From positions 736,001 through 800,000 of the forward strand of contig CBDDCK010000005.1 of assembly GCA_965225855.1 (NCBI GenBank): a DNA stretch of 64,000 nt, given 5' to 3'. A program made the position numbers and the translations under genes. The notes beneath the pieces were generated by a model. It worked only from the letters and a program-made list of their open reading frames with translations. It was not told where the DNA came from and searched no databases. Positions 37,966-47,668 of the stretch are shown here, one piece after another; position 1 is the first letter of the stretch, and each line of letters opens with the position of its first letter. Source of the DNA: Spirochaetia bacterium (GTDB taxonomy: Bacteria; Spirochaetota; Spirochaetia; SP-2023).

Positions 37966-38379
37966 ATGAAAACCTACCATTTGTTTATAAGCCATTCTTG
38001 GACTTATGAAAATCAGTATGATAACCTTGTGAATTTATTAAATAATGCGCAGGATTTTAGGTACAAGAATTATTCTGTAGCGAAAGACAACCCTATCCAT
38101 ACTAATGGAACAAACAAACAATTACGAGTTGCGATAGCAGAAAAGATACGAAATAGCTCTGTTATATTAGTTCTTGCTGGAGTATATGCAACATATAGCA
38201 AATGGATTAATATAGAGATAGAAATAGCTAAAAACGACTTTTCACGCAAAAAGCCGATTATTGCCCTTGAACCGCGGGGAGCAAACAGAACATCTCAATA
38301 TGTAAAAGAGAATGCCGATGCCATAGTCAAATGGAATACCAATAGTATAGTTAAAGCCATTCAAGAGCTACGCTCGTAA
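37966..38379 (+). CDS. TIR domain protein (MTH538/DUF1863, ThsB-like)
   Basis: LFISHSW, SSVILVLAG, SKWINIEI (catalytic Glu position retained), KPIIAL, IVKWN. Confidence 0.85.
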   Translation: MKTYHLFISHSWTYENQYDNLVNLLNNAQDFRYKNYSVAKDNPIHTNGTNKQLRVAIAEKIRNSSVILVLAGVYATYSKWINIEIEIAKNDFSRKKPIIALEPRGANRTSQYVKENADAIVKWNTNSIVKAIQELRS

Positions 38380-38380
38380 T

Positions 38381-38851
38381 ATGAAAAAGCAAGATAACCC
38401 CGAAATAAGTACCTTATTAGAATTGTACAAACTCTATGTACAAACCGCAGAAAGCACCAGCGATAGAAGGCTGCGCAGTAACCGGTTTTACCTTACCTTT
38501 TGTTCTGTGCTGGCCAGCAGTGCCTATGCTCTGTTTCAGTTGGGGAAAGCAGACGGCTTATTTATATTTATTGCCAGTATTTTTGGCGTGTTGTTTTCTT
38601 TTGTGTGGCTGTGCAATATACGCTCTTACAAGGCCTTAAACAGCGGCAAGTTTGCGGTTATCCATAAGTTAGAGCAACAATTGCCTTTTGCCTGCTTTAG
38701 CGAAGAATGGCAGGAATTAGGGCGCCTGGGCTATAATCAGCGTATAAAGTACCGGCTGCTTAGCAATATTGAAAGTTTTGTACCGATGATCTTTATTGCC
38801 GGCTTTAAGCTGGTGATTCTGCTATATATCTATAGTTATTTTTGGGGCTAA
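38381..38851 (+). CDS. Small 3-TM membrane protein (RipA-like oligomeric membrane protein family)
   Basis: LYKLYVQTAE..SDRR..SNRFYL, W...IRSYKALNSGKFAVIHKLEQQLP, EEW, IE..VP..F; starts 1 nt after the TIR stop. Confidence 0.65.
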   Translation: MKKQDNPEISTLLELYKLYVQTAESTSDRRLRSNRFYLTFCSVLASSAYALFQLGKADGLFIFIASIFGVLFSFVWLCNIRSYKALNSGKFAVIHKLEQQLPFACFSEEWQELGRLGYNQRIKYRLLSNIESFVPMIFIAGFKLVILLYIYSYFWG

Positions 38852-38885
38852 GCGCCTAGCATTGCTGCCAATAGCCAAAGCGCCC

Positions 38886-39020
38886 GGGCCATTCACGGTG
38901 GGGTAAATACCAAAACCCTTATAAAATGCTTTTCAAAATCTTAGCTACATAATATCAAAAAGCATATAAACTAGAGTAAAGCACATTTTAGTAACCAACA
39001 AAAGTAAAGGCGGGGTAGGC
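38886..39020 (+). repeat. About 130-bp leader (copy 2) ending in a 16-nt parA remnant
   Basis: Homologous to 31878-31995; ends in taaaggcggggtaggc, identical to the parA K-G-G-V-G codons. Confidence 0.85.
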
Positions 39021-39079
39021 TATTATGCTAAGATATTGATTATTAGATTGCTTGGGATAGAATTTATTGATAAGGGCTT

Positions 39080-40780
39080 GTGATGGCATACAATACACCG
39101 ATACATACCGAAAATCAAACTTTGGAAGAAATATTTGCCAATAGCAAACAGTACCAAGTACCTAAATTCCAGCGGGACTATTCTTGGGAACAAGAGCAAT
39201 GGCAAGTATTGTGGGACGATATTCAAACTATTGCCGAAGCTAGCGAAGACTACCACTATATGGGCTACTTAGTATTACAACAGGGGCAGCAAAACAAACA
39301 ATTTATTGTTGTCGATGGCCAGCAACGGCTTACGACCTTTTCTTTACTGGCACTTAGTGCGATTGGCAGGTTTAAGCAGTTAGGGCATGCGGATACCGCT
39401 AAAGAGTTTTTCCGCCGTTTTATTGGTTCAGAACAATATAGCTTTATTAAGATAACAGAGAAAAAACTTATCTTAAACAAGAACAATGAATATTATTACA
39501 ATCAATTAGTTAGCTTTTACAAACAAGACGCAGCAGCACAGCAAGCCCCGATACACAAGAGAGGCCAAAAGCAAACCGTTATTCTTATGGGCAAAGCGAT
39601 AGAGTATTTTAGCCAGCAGCTGGCTGGGCTAAGTGCCCAAAAAATCAGTGAGCTACTGCAAACTATGGCCGAGCGGGTATTGTTTACCACTATTTTTATT
39701 GCCGATCAAGTAAATGCCTACAAGATTTTTGAAACCTTAAACGCGCGCGGCGTACAGCTTAGCACGGGAGACTTACTAAAAAACTATATTTTTTCAGCAA
39801 TAGATACAAATGGACAAATCCCCGATGAAGAGCTAAACAGACTGGAAGAGATATGGGAAAACATAGGCCACAACGTTGGCAAGCATAAATACAGCGACTA
39901 TATTTTAGTGCAATGGAAAAGTAGCCATAGGCCTTTGCGCCCCAAACAACACCTTTTTACCACGATAAAAAAGCAGGTTTGTGGCGAGCAGCAAGCCAGT
40001 ACATACTTACAAATATTAGAACAAGACAGCGAGTTGTACAGTGCTTTGCTGGATTATGAGCACCATCTTTGGAAAGATTTTGACCAGTACCAGCAAGTAA
40101 CACAAGATATACGGGTACTGAATTTGTTTAACCTAAAGCAACCGATTAGCGTATTGCTAGCTGCGTACAAAAAATACAAGCCCAAACAATTTGCCACTAT
40201 ATTGCATTGGCTGATGGTATTTTCTATCCGCTACAATGTGATTTGCCGCTTGTATGCCAGTGAGCAAGAACATTTTTATAGTAAATTATGCCAACAAATA
40301 CAGCAACAAACGCCACTTGCCGAAGTAAAAACAACTATGCTGCAAGGTTTGTACCCCAACGATGAACTATTTAAACGGGCTTTTAGCGAAAAGTCCCTGC
40401 CAACCGAACAATCAAATAAGAAAGCTCGCTATATACTGGTAGCCCTGTGCCAATGCATGGGCGATAAAGCCCTTGATGAACAGCAACTTACCGTAGAACA
40501 CTTATTGCCACTAAAGCCCAATCAATTTTGGCAAGATAGTTTTGAGCAATCCACTAAGGCCTTTGCTACCCGTTTGGGCAATATGGCCCTAGTGGATTCT
40601 AAGATCAATCAGGAATTGGGGCAAAAACCCTTTGCCCAGAAAAGGCAGATGATCTTACAACAAAACATTTGCCCAATAAACCAAAGCCTGGCCGATTATA
40701 TGGAATGGACAACCGATACAATCCATTCGCGCCAAAGGGAAATGGCGCAAACAGCGTGCCGAACTTGGCAAATCAATTAA
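39080..40780 (+). CDS. DUF262 + DUF1524 (GmrSD-like) protein
   Basis: VPKFQRDYSW, VVDGQQRLTT, FETLNARG (DUF262); VEHLLP...RLGNMAL...N (HNH-like DUF1524). Confidence 0.88.
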   Translation: MMAYNTPIHTENQTLEEIFANSKQYQVPKFQRDYSWEQEQWQVLWDDIQTIAEASEDYHYMGYLVLQQGQQNKQFIVVDGQQRLTTFSLLALSAIGRFKQLGHADTAKEFFRRFIGSEQYSFIKITEKKLILNKNNEYYYNQLVSFYKQDAAAQQAPIHKRGQKQTVILMGKAIEYFSQQLAGLSAQKISELLQTMAERVLFTTIFIADQVNAYKIFETLNARGVQLSTGDLLKNYIFSAIDTNGQIPDEELNRLEEIWENIGHNVGKHKYSDYILVQWKSSHRPLRPKQHLFTTIKKQVCGEQQASTYLQILEQDSELYSALLDYEHHLWKDFDQYQQVTQDIRVLNLFNLKQPISVLLAAYKKYKPKQFATILHWLMVFSIRYNVICRLYASEQEHFYSKLCQQIQQQTPLAEVKTTMLQGLYPNDELFKRAFSEKSLPTEQSNKKARYILVALCQCMGDKALDEQQLTVEHLLPLKPNQFWQDSFEQSTKAFATRLGNMALVDSKINQELGQKPFAQKRQMILQQNICPINQSLADYMEWTTDTIHSRQREMAQTACRTWQIN

Positions 40781-40789
40781 CATACAGGC

Positions 40790-40941
40790 AAACCACCCCG
40801 GCTAAATACGGGAAGAGCCCGAGCTAAATACGGAGAGAGCTTGGGCTAAATACGGGGAGAGCCCGCCCTAAATACGGGAATAACTTCGGCGCAATACGCA
40901 AATAGATTATAGTTATATAGTATAAACAAATAGGAGAAACC
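40790..40941 (+). repeat. 22-bp-period array 3 (5 units) plus leader
   Basis: AATACG at 40805, 40827, 40849, 40871, 40893; same ttatagttata...aaacaaataggagaaac leader. Confidence 0.9.
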
Positions 40942-41109
40942 ATGAAAAGCCAATCCCTAAGCCTAGAATCCTTAAAAGCTTTGCTAAAGGCACAACACCA
41001 CTACCTAGACCAAGAAGGCGAGCTAAACACAGCTTTGCTGCATAAGCTAGCCCAACAGTGTGAGCACAATTTGCTGGAATTGTTATGGGCAGACAAAATT
41101 ATTGGATAA
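40942..41109 (+). pseudogene. 5' remnant of a mod gene (55 codons)
   Basis: MKSQSLSLESLKALLKAQHHYLDQEGELNTALLHKLAQQCEHNLLELLWAD... matches the Mod N-terminus, then stops. Confidence 0.9.
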
Positions 41110-41126
41110 AGAGAGTTTGATTTTTT

Positions 41127-41294
41127 ATGAATAAACCTAGTAAAGAGACTAAATTTAAAACGGTTATCGAGAGAAATACCTTTTATTTTTACAACAAGAT
41201 ATTTGAAGAAAAATATGAAGGATATTTAAATTCTCTAAAAGAAACTTTAGTGATTCTAAAATATAAAATAGAAGAGGTTTTTTCTGGAAAATAA
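41127..41294 (+). pseudogene. Short AT-rich ORF, possibly an internally deleted type II restriction endonuclease gene
   Basis: MNKPSKETKFKTVIERNTFYFYNKIFEEKYEGYLNSLKETLVILKYKIEEVFSGK resembles, from memory, N-termini of DpnII-family REases; ends 5 nt before the MTase. Confidence 0.45.
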
Positions 41295-41299
41295 GTTTT

Positions 41300-42217
41300 A
41301 TGTTAGAAAGTTATTTGAACAAAATTATTCAAGGCGACTGTTTACCATTATTAAAAGGCATTCCCAATGATTCTATAGATATTACATTTGCAGACCCACC
41401 TTTTAATTTAAAGAAGAAATATAATGGATATAAAGATAGTTTAGAATTTATAGAATATATTAATTGGTGTGAAGAATGGATAAAAGAAATGATTAGAATA
41501 ACCAAACCTACGGGTTCTATCTTTTTACATAATATACCTAAATGGCTAACTTTCTATGTGGGTATACTGAACAAATACGCTTATTTCAAGCATTGGATAG
41601 TGTGGAATGCCCCGAGTTCTCCTATGGGCAAAAGTTTACAACCCAATCATTATGGCATTTTGTTCTATACCAAACAAAGTAACAACACAAAGATTTATGA
41701 ATTGAGAATGCCACATGAAAGGGAAAGGAAAACGACATTTCTAAGAAAAGATTACGGTGGAAAGAAGGGAGGATTGCATCCTTTTGGCCCTTTGGTTTCC
41801 GATGTATGGTCGGATATACATAGAATCAAACATGCCAAATATAGAAATGCCCATCCTTGCCAACTACCAGTTCATTTATTAGAAAGGATAATATTATTGA
41901 CAACAGACCAACATGATATAGTTTTCGATCCTTTTGTTGGCACTGGCACCACAGCGGTAGCAGCCAAGAAATTAAATAGAAAGTTTATTGGTTTTGACTT
42001 AGCTCAAGAATACGTAAAAGTAGCTCAAGAAAATTTAGCTGCGGTACAACCAAACTCAAAAATTAACGATATATGGGTGAGTTTCTATTTAGAAGAGATA
42101 AAAACCATAAGAGATAAAGACTGGGATATACTATCAAGAAATTTTGAAATACCCAGCAACTTAACAGAAATTGACTTTAAAAAGATCAAACTGAAAAATG
42201 TTTCCAGTCTTTTTTGA
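41300..42217 (+). CDS. Orphan site-specific DNA methyltransferase (beta class, amino-MTase)
   Basis: FADPPFN, HPCQLP, FDPFVGTGTT. Confidence 0.9.
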   Translation: MLESYLNKIIQGDCLPLLKGIPNDSIDITFADPPFNLKKKYNGYKDSLEFIEYINWCEEWIKEMIRITKPTGSIFLHNIPKWLTFYVGILNKYAYFKHWIVWNAPSSPMGKSLQPNHYGILFYTKQSNNTKIYELRMPHERERKTTFLRKDYGGKKGGLHPFGPLVSDVWSDIHRIKHAKYRNAHPCQLPVHLLERIILLTTDQHDIVFDPFVGTGTTAVAAKKLNRKFIGFDLAQEYVKVAQENLAAVQPNSKINDIWVSFYLEEIKTIRDKDWDILSRNFEIPSNLTEIDFKKIKLKNVSSLF

Positions 42218-42287
42218 AAGAGGACGACATTGTGCTAGACTTTTGTTTGATCAATACCAATAGCCTCTGCTCCAAAATTATTTGCGC

Positions 42288-42462
42288 CAAACCACCCCGG
42301 CTAAATACGCAAAGCGCCCCGGCTAAATACGCTTAGAGCTTGGGCTAAATACGGGAAGAGCCCGCCTTAAATACGGGAATAACTTTGGTTAAATACGGGA
42401 ATAAGTTTGACGCAATACGCAAATAAATTATAGTTATACAGTATAAACAAATAGGAGAAACC
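42288..42462 (+). repeat. 22-bp-period array 4 (6 units) plus promoter/RBS leader of mod2
   Basis: AATACG at 42304, 42326, 42348, 42370, 42392, 42414; TTGACG-N16-TATAGT. Confidence 0.9.
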
Positions 42463-44409
42463 ATGAAGACCCCAGCCCTAAGCCTAGAATCCTTAAAAAC
42501 TTTGCTACAAGCCCAGCCGCACTATGTAGACCCAGAAGGCGAGCTCAACACGGCTTTATTGTATAAGCTAGCCCAGCAGTGCCAGCGCAATTTGCTAGAA
42601 TTGTTGTTTGCGGACACGGCCGCGCGCAAGGCGTTTTTCTTGCAGCAGGGCGGGGTTACGGTGTTTGTGCGCGACCATTTTATCGACTACATACAGCACA
42701 AACGCTTTGTAGCCAACAGCTACACCGCCTATAAAAACAAAATCGGCTTGCACGATGAGCACGACTATCTAAAGAAAAGCCAAGATATTGTGCTGGCCTT
42801 TCCGTTTAAAGACTGCGTACTGGAGGGTGGCCAAACTAAAGACGATGCCAAACGCAGCGAACGCTACTACCACCGCATACTGGCGATAGAGGAACTTGAC
42901 CGCTTGCTGGACCCCAAAGTGCTAACTAACGCGCGCCGCTACACTAAGGAGGGCCTAAGCGAATGTAGGGAATTTACCCGCAGCCCAAGCAATAATACCA
43001 TTAGCGACAATTTGATTATCAAGGGCAACAACCTTATCGCCTTGCACAGCATCAAGGAACAATTTGCCAAAAAAGTAAAGCTGATCTATATCGACCCGCC
43101 ATATAATCCTCAAAGCCCCAATAATACTTTTTGCTACAATAATAATTTTAACCGTTCTACTTGGTTAGTGTTTATGAAAAATCGCTTGGAAGTAGCCAAG
43201 CAATTATTGACAGAAGACGGAGCGATAATTATTGCCATTGATGACAATGAAAGGGATTATTTGGGCGTTTTGTTAAGAGAATTATTTCATGAAGACCAAC
43301 ACGAAACCCATTGTATTACCATTGTGCACAACCCTCGTGGGGTACAAGGCACAAATTTTTCTTATACCCATGAATACGCATTCTTTGTAATACCCAAAGG
43401 AAAAAAGACTATTATAAACCAAAAAATAGCAGCAGAAAATATTACTTTTAGAGGTTTACGAGACAATGGCGGTATAAGTTTAAGAAGTGATGCTAAGAAT
43501 TGTTTTTATCCGATTATAGTAGATAAACAGAGCAAGCAAGTTATTGGCTTTGGGGCAGTCTGTGAAGATAGCTTTTCTCCCAAAGCGCGCATGATAGAAC
43601 ATGCCGATACGTATGCTATTTATCCGGTAGATGATGGCGGCGTAGAACGCAAATGGCGGTATGCCTATCAATCGGTAGCCAAAGTAAAGCACTTGTTGCG
43701 TGCTAGAGAAGTAAAAGGTATATGGGATATTCAAATAGGCAAAGACTTTCGCCAATACCCAACGGTATGGCAAAATACCAAATATGATGCCAATGAATAC
43801 GGCACGAAACTGATTAAATCTTTAGTGCCCAATGCCAGCTTTGACTTTCCCAAATCTTTATGGACTGTGTACGACTGCCTCTATGCTGTTGTCGGAGAAG
43901 ATAAAAATGCGATTGTTTTAGATTATCATGCGGGTAGTGGCACAACCGCACACGCTGTATTGGAATTAAATAAACAAGACAACGGCAATCGGCAATTTAT
44001 ACTTTGTGAACAAATGGACTATATAGAAAATGTAACCAGTCAAAGAATCCAAGCTGTATTAAAGCAAGAAAATATAGATAACAGCTTTGTCTATTTGGAG
44101 CTAAAACAGCACAACCAAGGCTTTATACAGCGTATTACCGAGGCCACCACCCAAGCGCAACTTAGCGCAATACAGCAAGAGTTACTGCAAAACCCCGATT
44201 TGGACTACCGCCTGAATACCGAAGCCGTGCAACAAAGCACCGAAGATTTTGCTGCGCTAAGCCTAGACAATCAAAGGCAAATATTGATAGACTTTTTGGA
44301 ACTCAACCAATTGTATGTGCCGTATAGCGAGCGCAAAGATACGCGCTTTCATTGCACGGACCAAGAAATACCACTAAGCGAAAGTTTTTACAACGGAGGC
44401 CAAGCATGA
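42463..44409 (+). CDS. mod: Type III R-M Mod subunit 2
   Basis: IYIDPPYN, FPKS, LDYHAGSGTT; termini nearly identical to mod1, centre unrelated. Confidence 0.9.
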   Translation: MKTPALSLESLKTLLQAQPHYVDPEGELNTALLYKLAQQCQRNLLELLFADTAARKAFFLQQGGVTVFVRDHFIDYIQHKRFVANSYTAYKNKIGLHDEHDYLKKSQDIVLAFPFKDCVLEGGQTKDDAKRSERYYHRILAIEELDRLLDPKVLTNARRYTKEGLSECREFTRSPSNNTISDNLIIKGNNLIALHSIKEQFAKKVKLIYIDPPYNPQSPNNTFCYNNNFNRSTWLVFMKNRLEVAKQLLTEDGAIIIAIDDNERDYLGVLLRELFHEDQHETHCITIVHNPRGVQGTNFSYTHEYAFFVIPKGKKTIINQKIAAENITFRGLRDNGGISLRSDAKNCFYPIIVDKQSKQVIGFGAVCEDSFSPKARMIEHADTYAIYPVDDGGVERKWRYAYQSVAKVKHLLRAREVKGIWDIQIGKDFRQYPTVWQNTKYDANEYGTKLIKSLVPNASFDFPKSLWTVYDCLYAVVGEDKNAIVLDYHAGSGTTAHAVLELNKQDNGNRQFILCEQMDYIENVTSQRIQAVLKQENIDNSFVYLELKQHNQGFIQRITEATTQAQLSAIQQELLQNPDLDYRLNTEAVQQSTEDFAALSLDNQRQILIDFLELNQLYVPYSERKDTRFHCTDQEIPLSESFYNGGQA

Positions 44410-45506
44410 ATAACCGTGAAATAGAACAGTATACAAGGATTATTGACGACCCCAATTCTACCAATGAACAGAAGGCGGAGGTGTATATAGATAGGGGGCT
44501 TACTTATGCTATACAAGGGGAATTTGTAAAAGCGATAGCGGATTTTACAGAGGCTATAGGGCTAGCAACAGATAATGAAACGAAAGCAAATGTATATTTA
44601 GACAGAGGGCTTACTTACAGCAAACAAGGAAAATACCAGCAAGCGATAGCCGACTTTAACCAAGCCATTGAGTTAGCAACAGATAATGAAACGAAAGCAA
44701 AGGTTTATAACAACAGAGGAGCTATTTACAGCGAACAAGGAGAATACCAGCTAGCGCTAGCGGATTTTACCCAGGCCATTAAGCGATATACGGATAATAA
44801 CGACAAAGCCAATGCGTATATCAACAGAGGCGTTGCTTATGATGAACAAGAAAAATATCCAGAGGCCATAGCCGACTATAAAAATGCCTTAAACTTAAAC
44901 CCAAAACTTAAAGAAGCAAGAATAAATCTAGCTATAGCCGAAGTAAAAGAAAAACAAGCAAAATTTGACCGTTTATCTGGGGAGGCTCGCAGTTTTGGGT
45001 TGGCAAAAGAATATCAAGAGGAACAAGATAAACTAAACAAATATGTGAAGAAATGTACAAAATGGTTTATAGTAGGAATAGGAGCGCTAATCGTTGTAGT
45101 CTTATTGCAGATTACAGTAGGAATATTATCACTATTTGGTGTAACTTTCTGGCGGATCGATTGGAGTAAGATTTCTTTTAGTCTTACGACTATACTCACT
45201 ACCTTGCCTTTGCTTGCCCCCATAATATGGCTTACCAGTTTCTTTGCCAAACGCAGGAGCGAGGCCAATATGCTTTTGCAAGAATATAGCCACAAAACCA
45301 TATTTGCCAAATCGTATATTGCCTATAAACAGGAAATAGAAAAGCTAGAAAGCCCAGACTCGAACCTACAGCCCAAGTTATTAGAAGCAATGATAGAGAC
45401 ACTAAAACGCAGCCCGACAACTATTTTTAGCAAAAAACACTCCAGCGACTTACCGATTGAAGAGCTAAAGCAAATAATCGAGCTTGCCAAAACACTAAAA
45501 AGTTAG
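44406..45506 (+). CDS. TPR protein (4 repeats) with coiled-coil and 2-TM C-terminal domain
   Basis: Start at ATG 44406 (ATGA overlap with mod2); 37-aa TPRs; hydrophobic WFIVGIGALIVVVLL and LPLLAPIIWLTSFF; EYSHKTIFAKSY tail. Confidence 0.85.
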   Translation: MNNREIEQYTRIIDDPNSTNEQKAEVYIDRGLTYAIQGEFVKAIADFTEAIGLATDNETKANVYLDRGLTYSKQGKYQQAIADFNQAIELATDNETKAKVYNNRGAIYSEQGEYQLALADFTQAIKRYTDNNDKANAYINRGVAYDEQEKYPEAIADYKNALNLNPKLKEARINLAIAEVKEKQAKFDRLSGEARSFGLAKEYQEEQDKLNKYVKKCTKWFIVGIGALIVVVLLQITVGILSLFGVTFWRIDWSKISFSLTTILTTLPLLAPIIWLTSFFAKRRSEANMLLQEYSHKTIFAKSYIAYKQEIEKLESPDSNLQPKLLEAMIETLKRSPTTIFSKKHSSDLPIEELKQIIELAKTLKS

Positions 45507-45521
45507 CGTTGCCTTTCAAGA

Positions 45522-45694
45522 AATAGCCTGCCCTAAATACGCTTAGAGCTTGGGCTAAATACGGTCAGAGCCTGCCCTAAATACGGGAAGAGCTTGGGCT
45601 AAATACGGGGAGAGCCCGCCCTAAATACGGGGAGAGCTTGGCCACTGTAGGCAAATAAATTATAGTTATACAGTATAAACAAATGGGAGAAATC
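45522..45694 (+). repeat. 22-bp-period array 5 (5 units + 1 degenerate) plus leader of mod3
   Basis: AATACG at 45536, 45558, 45580, 45602, 45624. Confidence 0.9.
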
Positions 45695-47668
45695 ATGAAA
45701 ACCCCACCCCTAAGCCTAGAATCCTTAAAAGCTTTGCTACAAGCCCAGCCGCACTATGTAGACCCAGAAGGTGAACTGAACACGGCTTTATTGCACCAGC
45801 TAGCGCAGCAGTGCCAGCGCAATTTGCTGGAATTATTGTTTGATAATAGCGCTACCCGGCAGGCGTTCTTTTTTGAGCACGAAGGGCACAGCGTATTTGT
45901 GCGCGACCATTTTATCGACTACATACAGCACAAACGCTTTGTGGCCAATAGCTACACCGCCTATCGTAATAAAATTGGCTTGCACGATGGCCAAGACTAC
46001 CTAAAGAAAAACAAGGATATTGTACTGGCCTTTCCATTTAAAGACTGCGTTTTGGAAGGCGGTCAAAGCAAAAGCGAGGCCAAACGCAGCGAACGCTACT
46101 ACCACCGCATACTGGCGATAGAGGAACTTGACCGCTTGCTGGAGCCCAAAGTGCTGTGCAACGCGCGCCGCTACACTAAGGAGGGCCCAAGCGAATGTAG
46201 GGACTTTACCCGCAATAACAGCAATAATACCATTAGCGACAATTTGATTATCAAGGGCAACAATTTAATTGCCTTGCACAGCATCAACGAACAATTTGCC
46301 AAAAAAGTAAAGCTGATCTATATCGACCCGCCGTACAACACCGGCAACGATAGCTTTTTGTACAACGACAATTTTAACCATTCTACTTGGCTAGTATTTA
46401 TCAAAAACCGTCTGGAAATAGCGCGCAAGCTATTGCGAGGGGACGGGGTGATTTTTGTGCAGTGTGATGATAACGAAATGGCTTATTTAAAGGTGTTGAT
46501 GGACGAAGTCTTTGGACGGGAGAATTTTGTCAGTACCATCACCACAAGAGCAACGCCGAATGCCAGAGACTATGGATTGATTGCGCAAATGCATGAATTT
46601 ATTTTGTTTTATGCAAACGATGTTGTTCGAGCAAATACCAATTTAATCGATATGGAGGACAACCATCAGAAAGGCTTTTGTTATACAGACCAAAAAGGAG
46701 AATTTAATATCCATCCTCTGTATAACAGTAATGTCAATTTTCATATTGACAATAGACCAAACTTATTTTACCCATTCTACCTAAATACTCATAAAACAGA
46801 TCAAAACGGCTTCTTTGAAATTTCTTTGGAAAAACAAAGTGGTTGTATCGAAATTTACCCACCAAAATCCCAAAAGGATAGTGTTCAGTTGGTCTGGCGA
46901 TGGGGCAAAGAAAAATCTTTAGCAAATATTAACAAAGAAATTGTCGGTTATCAAACAAGACAAGGTCTATTTAGAATTGTGCAAAAAATGCGTGGAGATA
47001 AACAGCTTGCTAGAACTATATGGTTTGATACAAGTATTTCGAATAGAAGAGCTACAGAAGATTTACAAAAGCTGTTTGCGGAAAAAGTCTTTGCCTATCC
47101 CAAGCCGGAAGGGCTGTTACAAAGAATTATCGAGATTGCCACTAAGGAAGGCGACCTAGTTTTGGACTTTTGTTTGGGCAGCGGCACGACTGCGGCGGTG
47201 GCCCACAAAATGGGCCGGCAATATATCGGCATAGAACAAATGGACTATATACAAACTATTGCGGTAGAGCGCCTTGCCAAAGTAATTGCCGGCGAGCAGG
47301 GCGGTATCAGCAAAAATGTGGGCTGGGCCGGCGGTGGCAGCTTTGTCTATTTGGAGCTGAAAGCACACAACCAAGCTTTTATACAGCGTATTACCGAGGC
47401 CAGCAGCCAAGCGCAACTTAGCGAAATCCAGCAAGAGTTACTACAAAACCTCGATTTGGACTACCGCCTAAATACCGAAGCCGTGCAACAAAGCGCCGAA
47501 GATTTTGCCGCGCTAAGCCTAGAAAAGCAAAGGCAAATATTGATAGACTTTTTGGAACTCAACCAATTATATGTGCCGTATAGCGAGCGCAAAGACACCC
47601 GCTTTAGCTGCACACAACAAGAAATACCACTAAGCGAAAGTTTTTACAACGGAGGAAACCATGAATAA
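45695..47668 (+). CDS. mod: Type III R-M Mod subunit 3
   Basis: IYIDPPYNTG, YPKPEGLL, LDFCLGSGTT; distinct TRD; start ATG 45695 by alignment with the other copies. Confidence 0.9.
   Translation: MKTPPLSLESLKALLQAQPHYVDPEGELNTALLHQLAQQCQRNLLELLFDNSATRQAFFFEHEGHSVFVRDHFIDYIQHKRFVANSYTAYRNKIGLHDGQDYLKKNKDIVLAFPFKDCVLEGGQSKSEAKRSERYYHRILAIEELDRLLEPKVLCNARRYTKEGPSECRDFTRNNSNNTISDNLIIKGNNLIALHSINEQFAKKVKLIYIDPPYNTGNDSFLYNDNFNHSTWLVFIKNRLEIARKLLRGDGVIFVQCDDNEMAYLKVLMDEVFGRENFVSTITTRATPNARDYGLIAQMHEFILFYANDVVRANTNLIDMEDNHQKGFCYTDQKGEFNIHPLYNSNVNFHIDNRPNLFYPFYLNTHKTDQNGFFEISLEKQSGCIEIYPPKSQKDSVQLVWRWGKEKSLANINKEIVGYQTRQGLFRIVQKMRGDKQLARTIWFDTSISNRRATEDLQKLFAEKVFAYPKPEGLLQRIIEIATKEGDLVLDFCLGSGTTAAVAHKMGRQYIGIEQMDYIQTIAVERLAKVIAGEQGGISKNVGWAGGGSFVYLELKAHNQAFIQRITEASSQAQLSEIQQELLQNLDLDYRLNTEAVQQSAEDFAALSLEKQRQILIDFLELNQLYVPYSERKDTRFSCTQQEIPLSESFYNGGNHE

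Noticed and set aside
33209..47668. Phase variation of mod genes by simple sequence repeats
   Set aside because: No long homopolymer or short-unit tract seen in the mod ORFs; all three are in frame.
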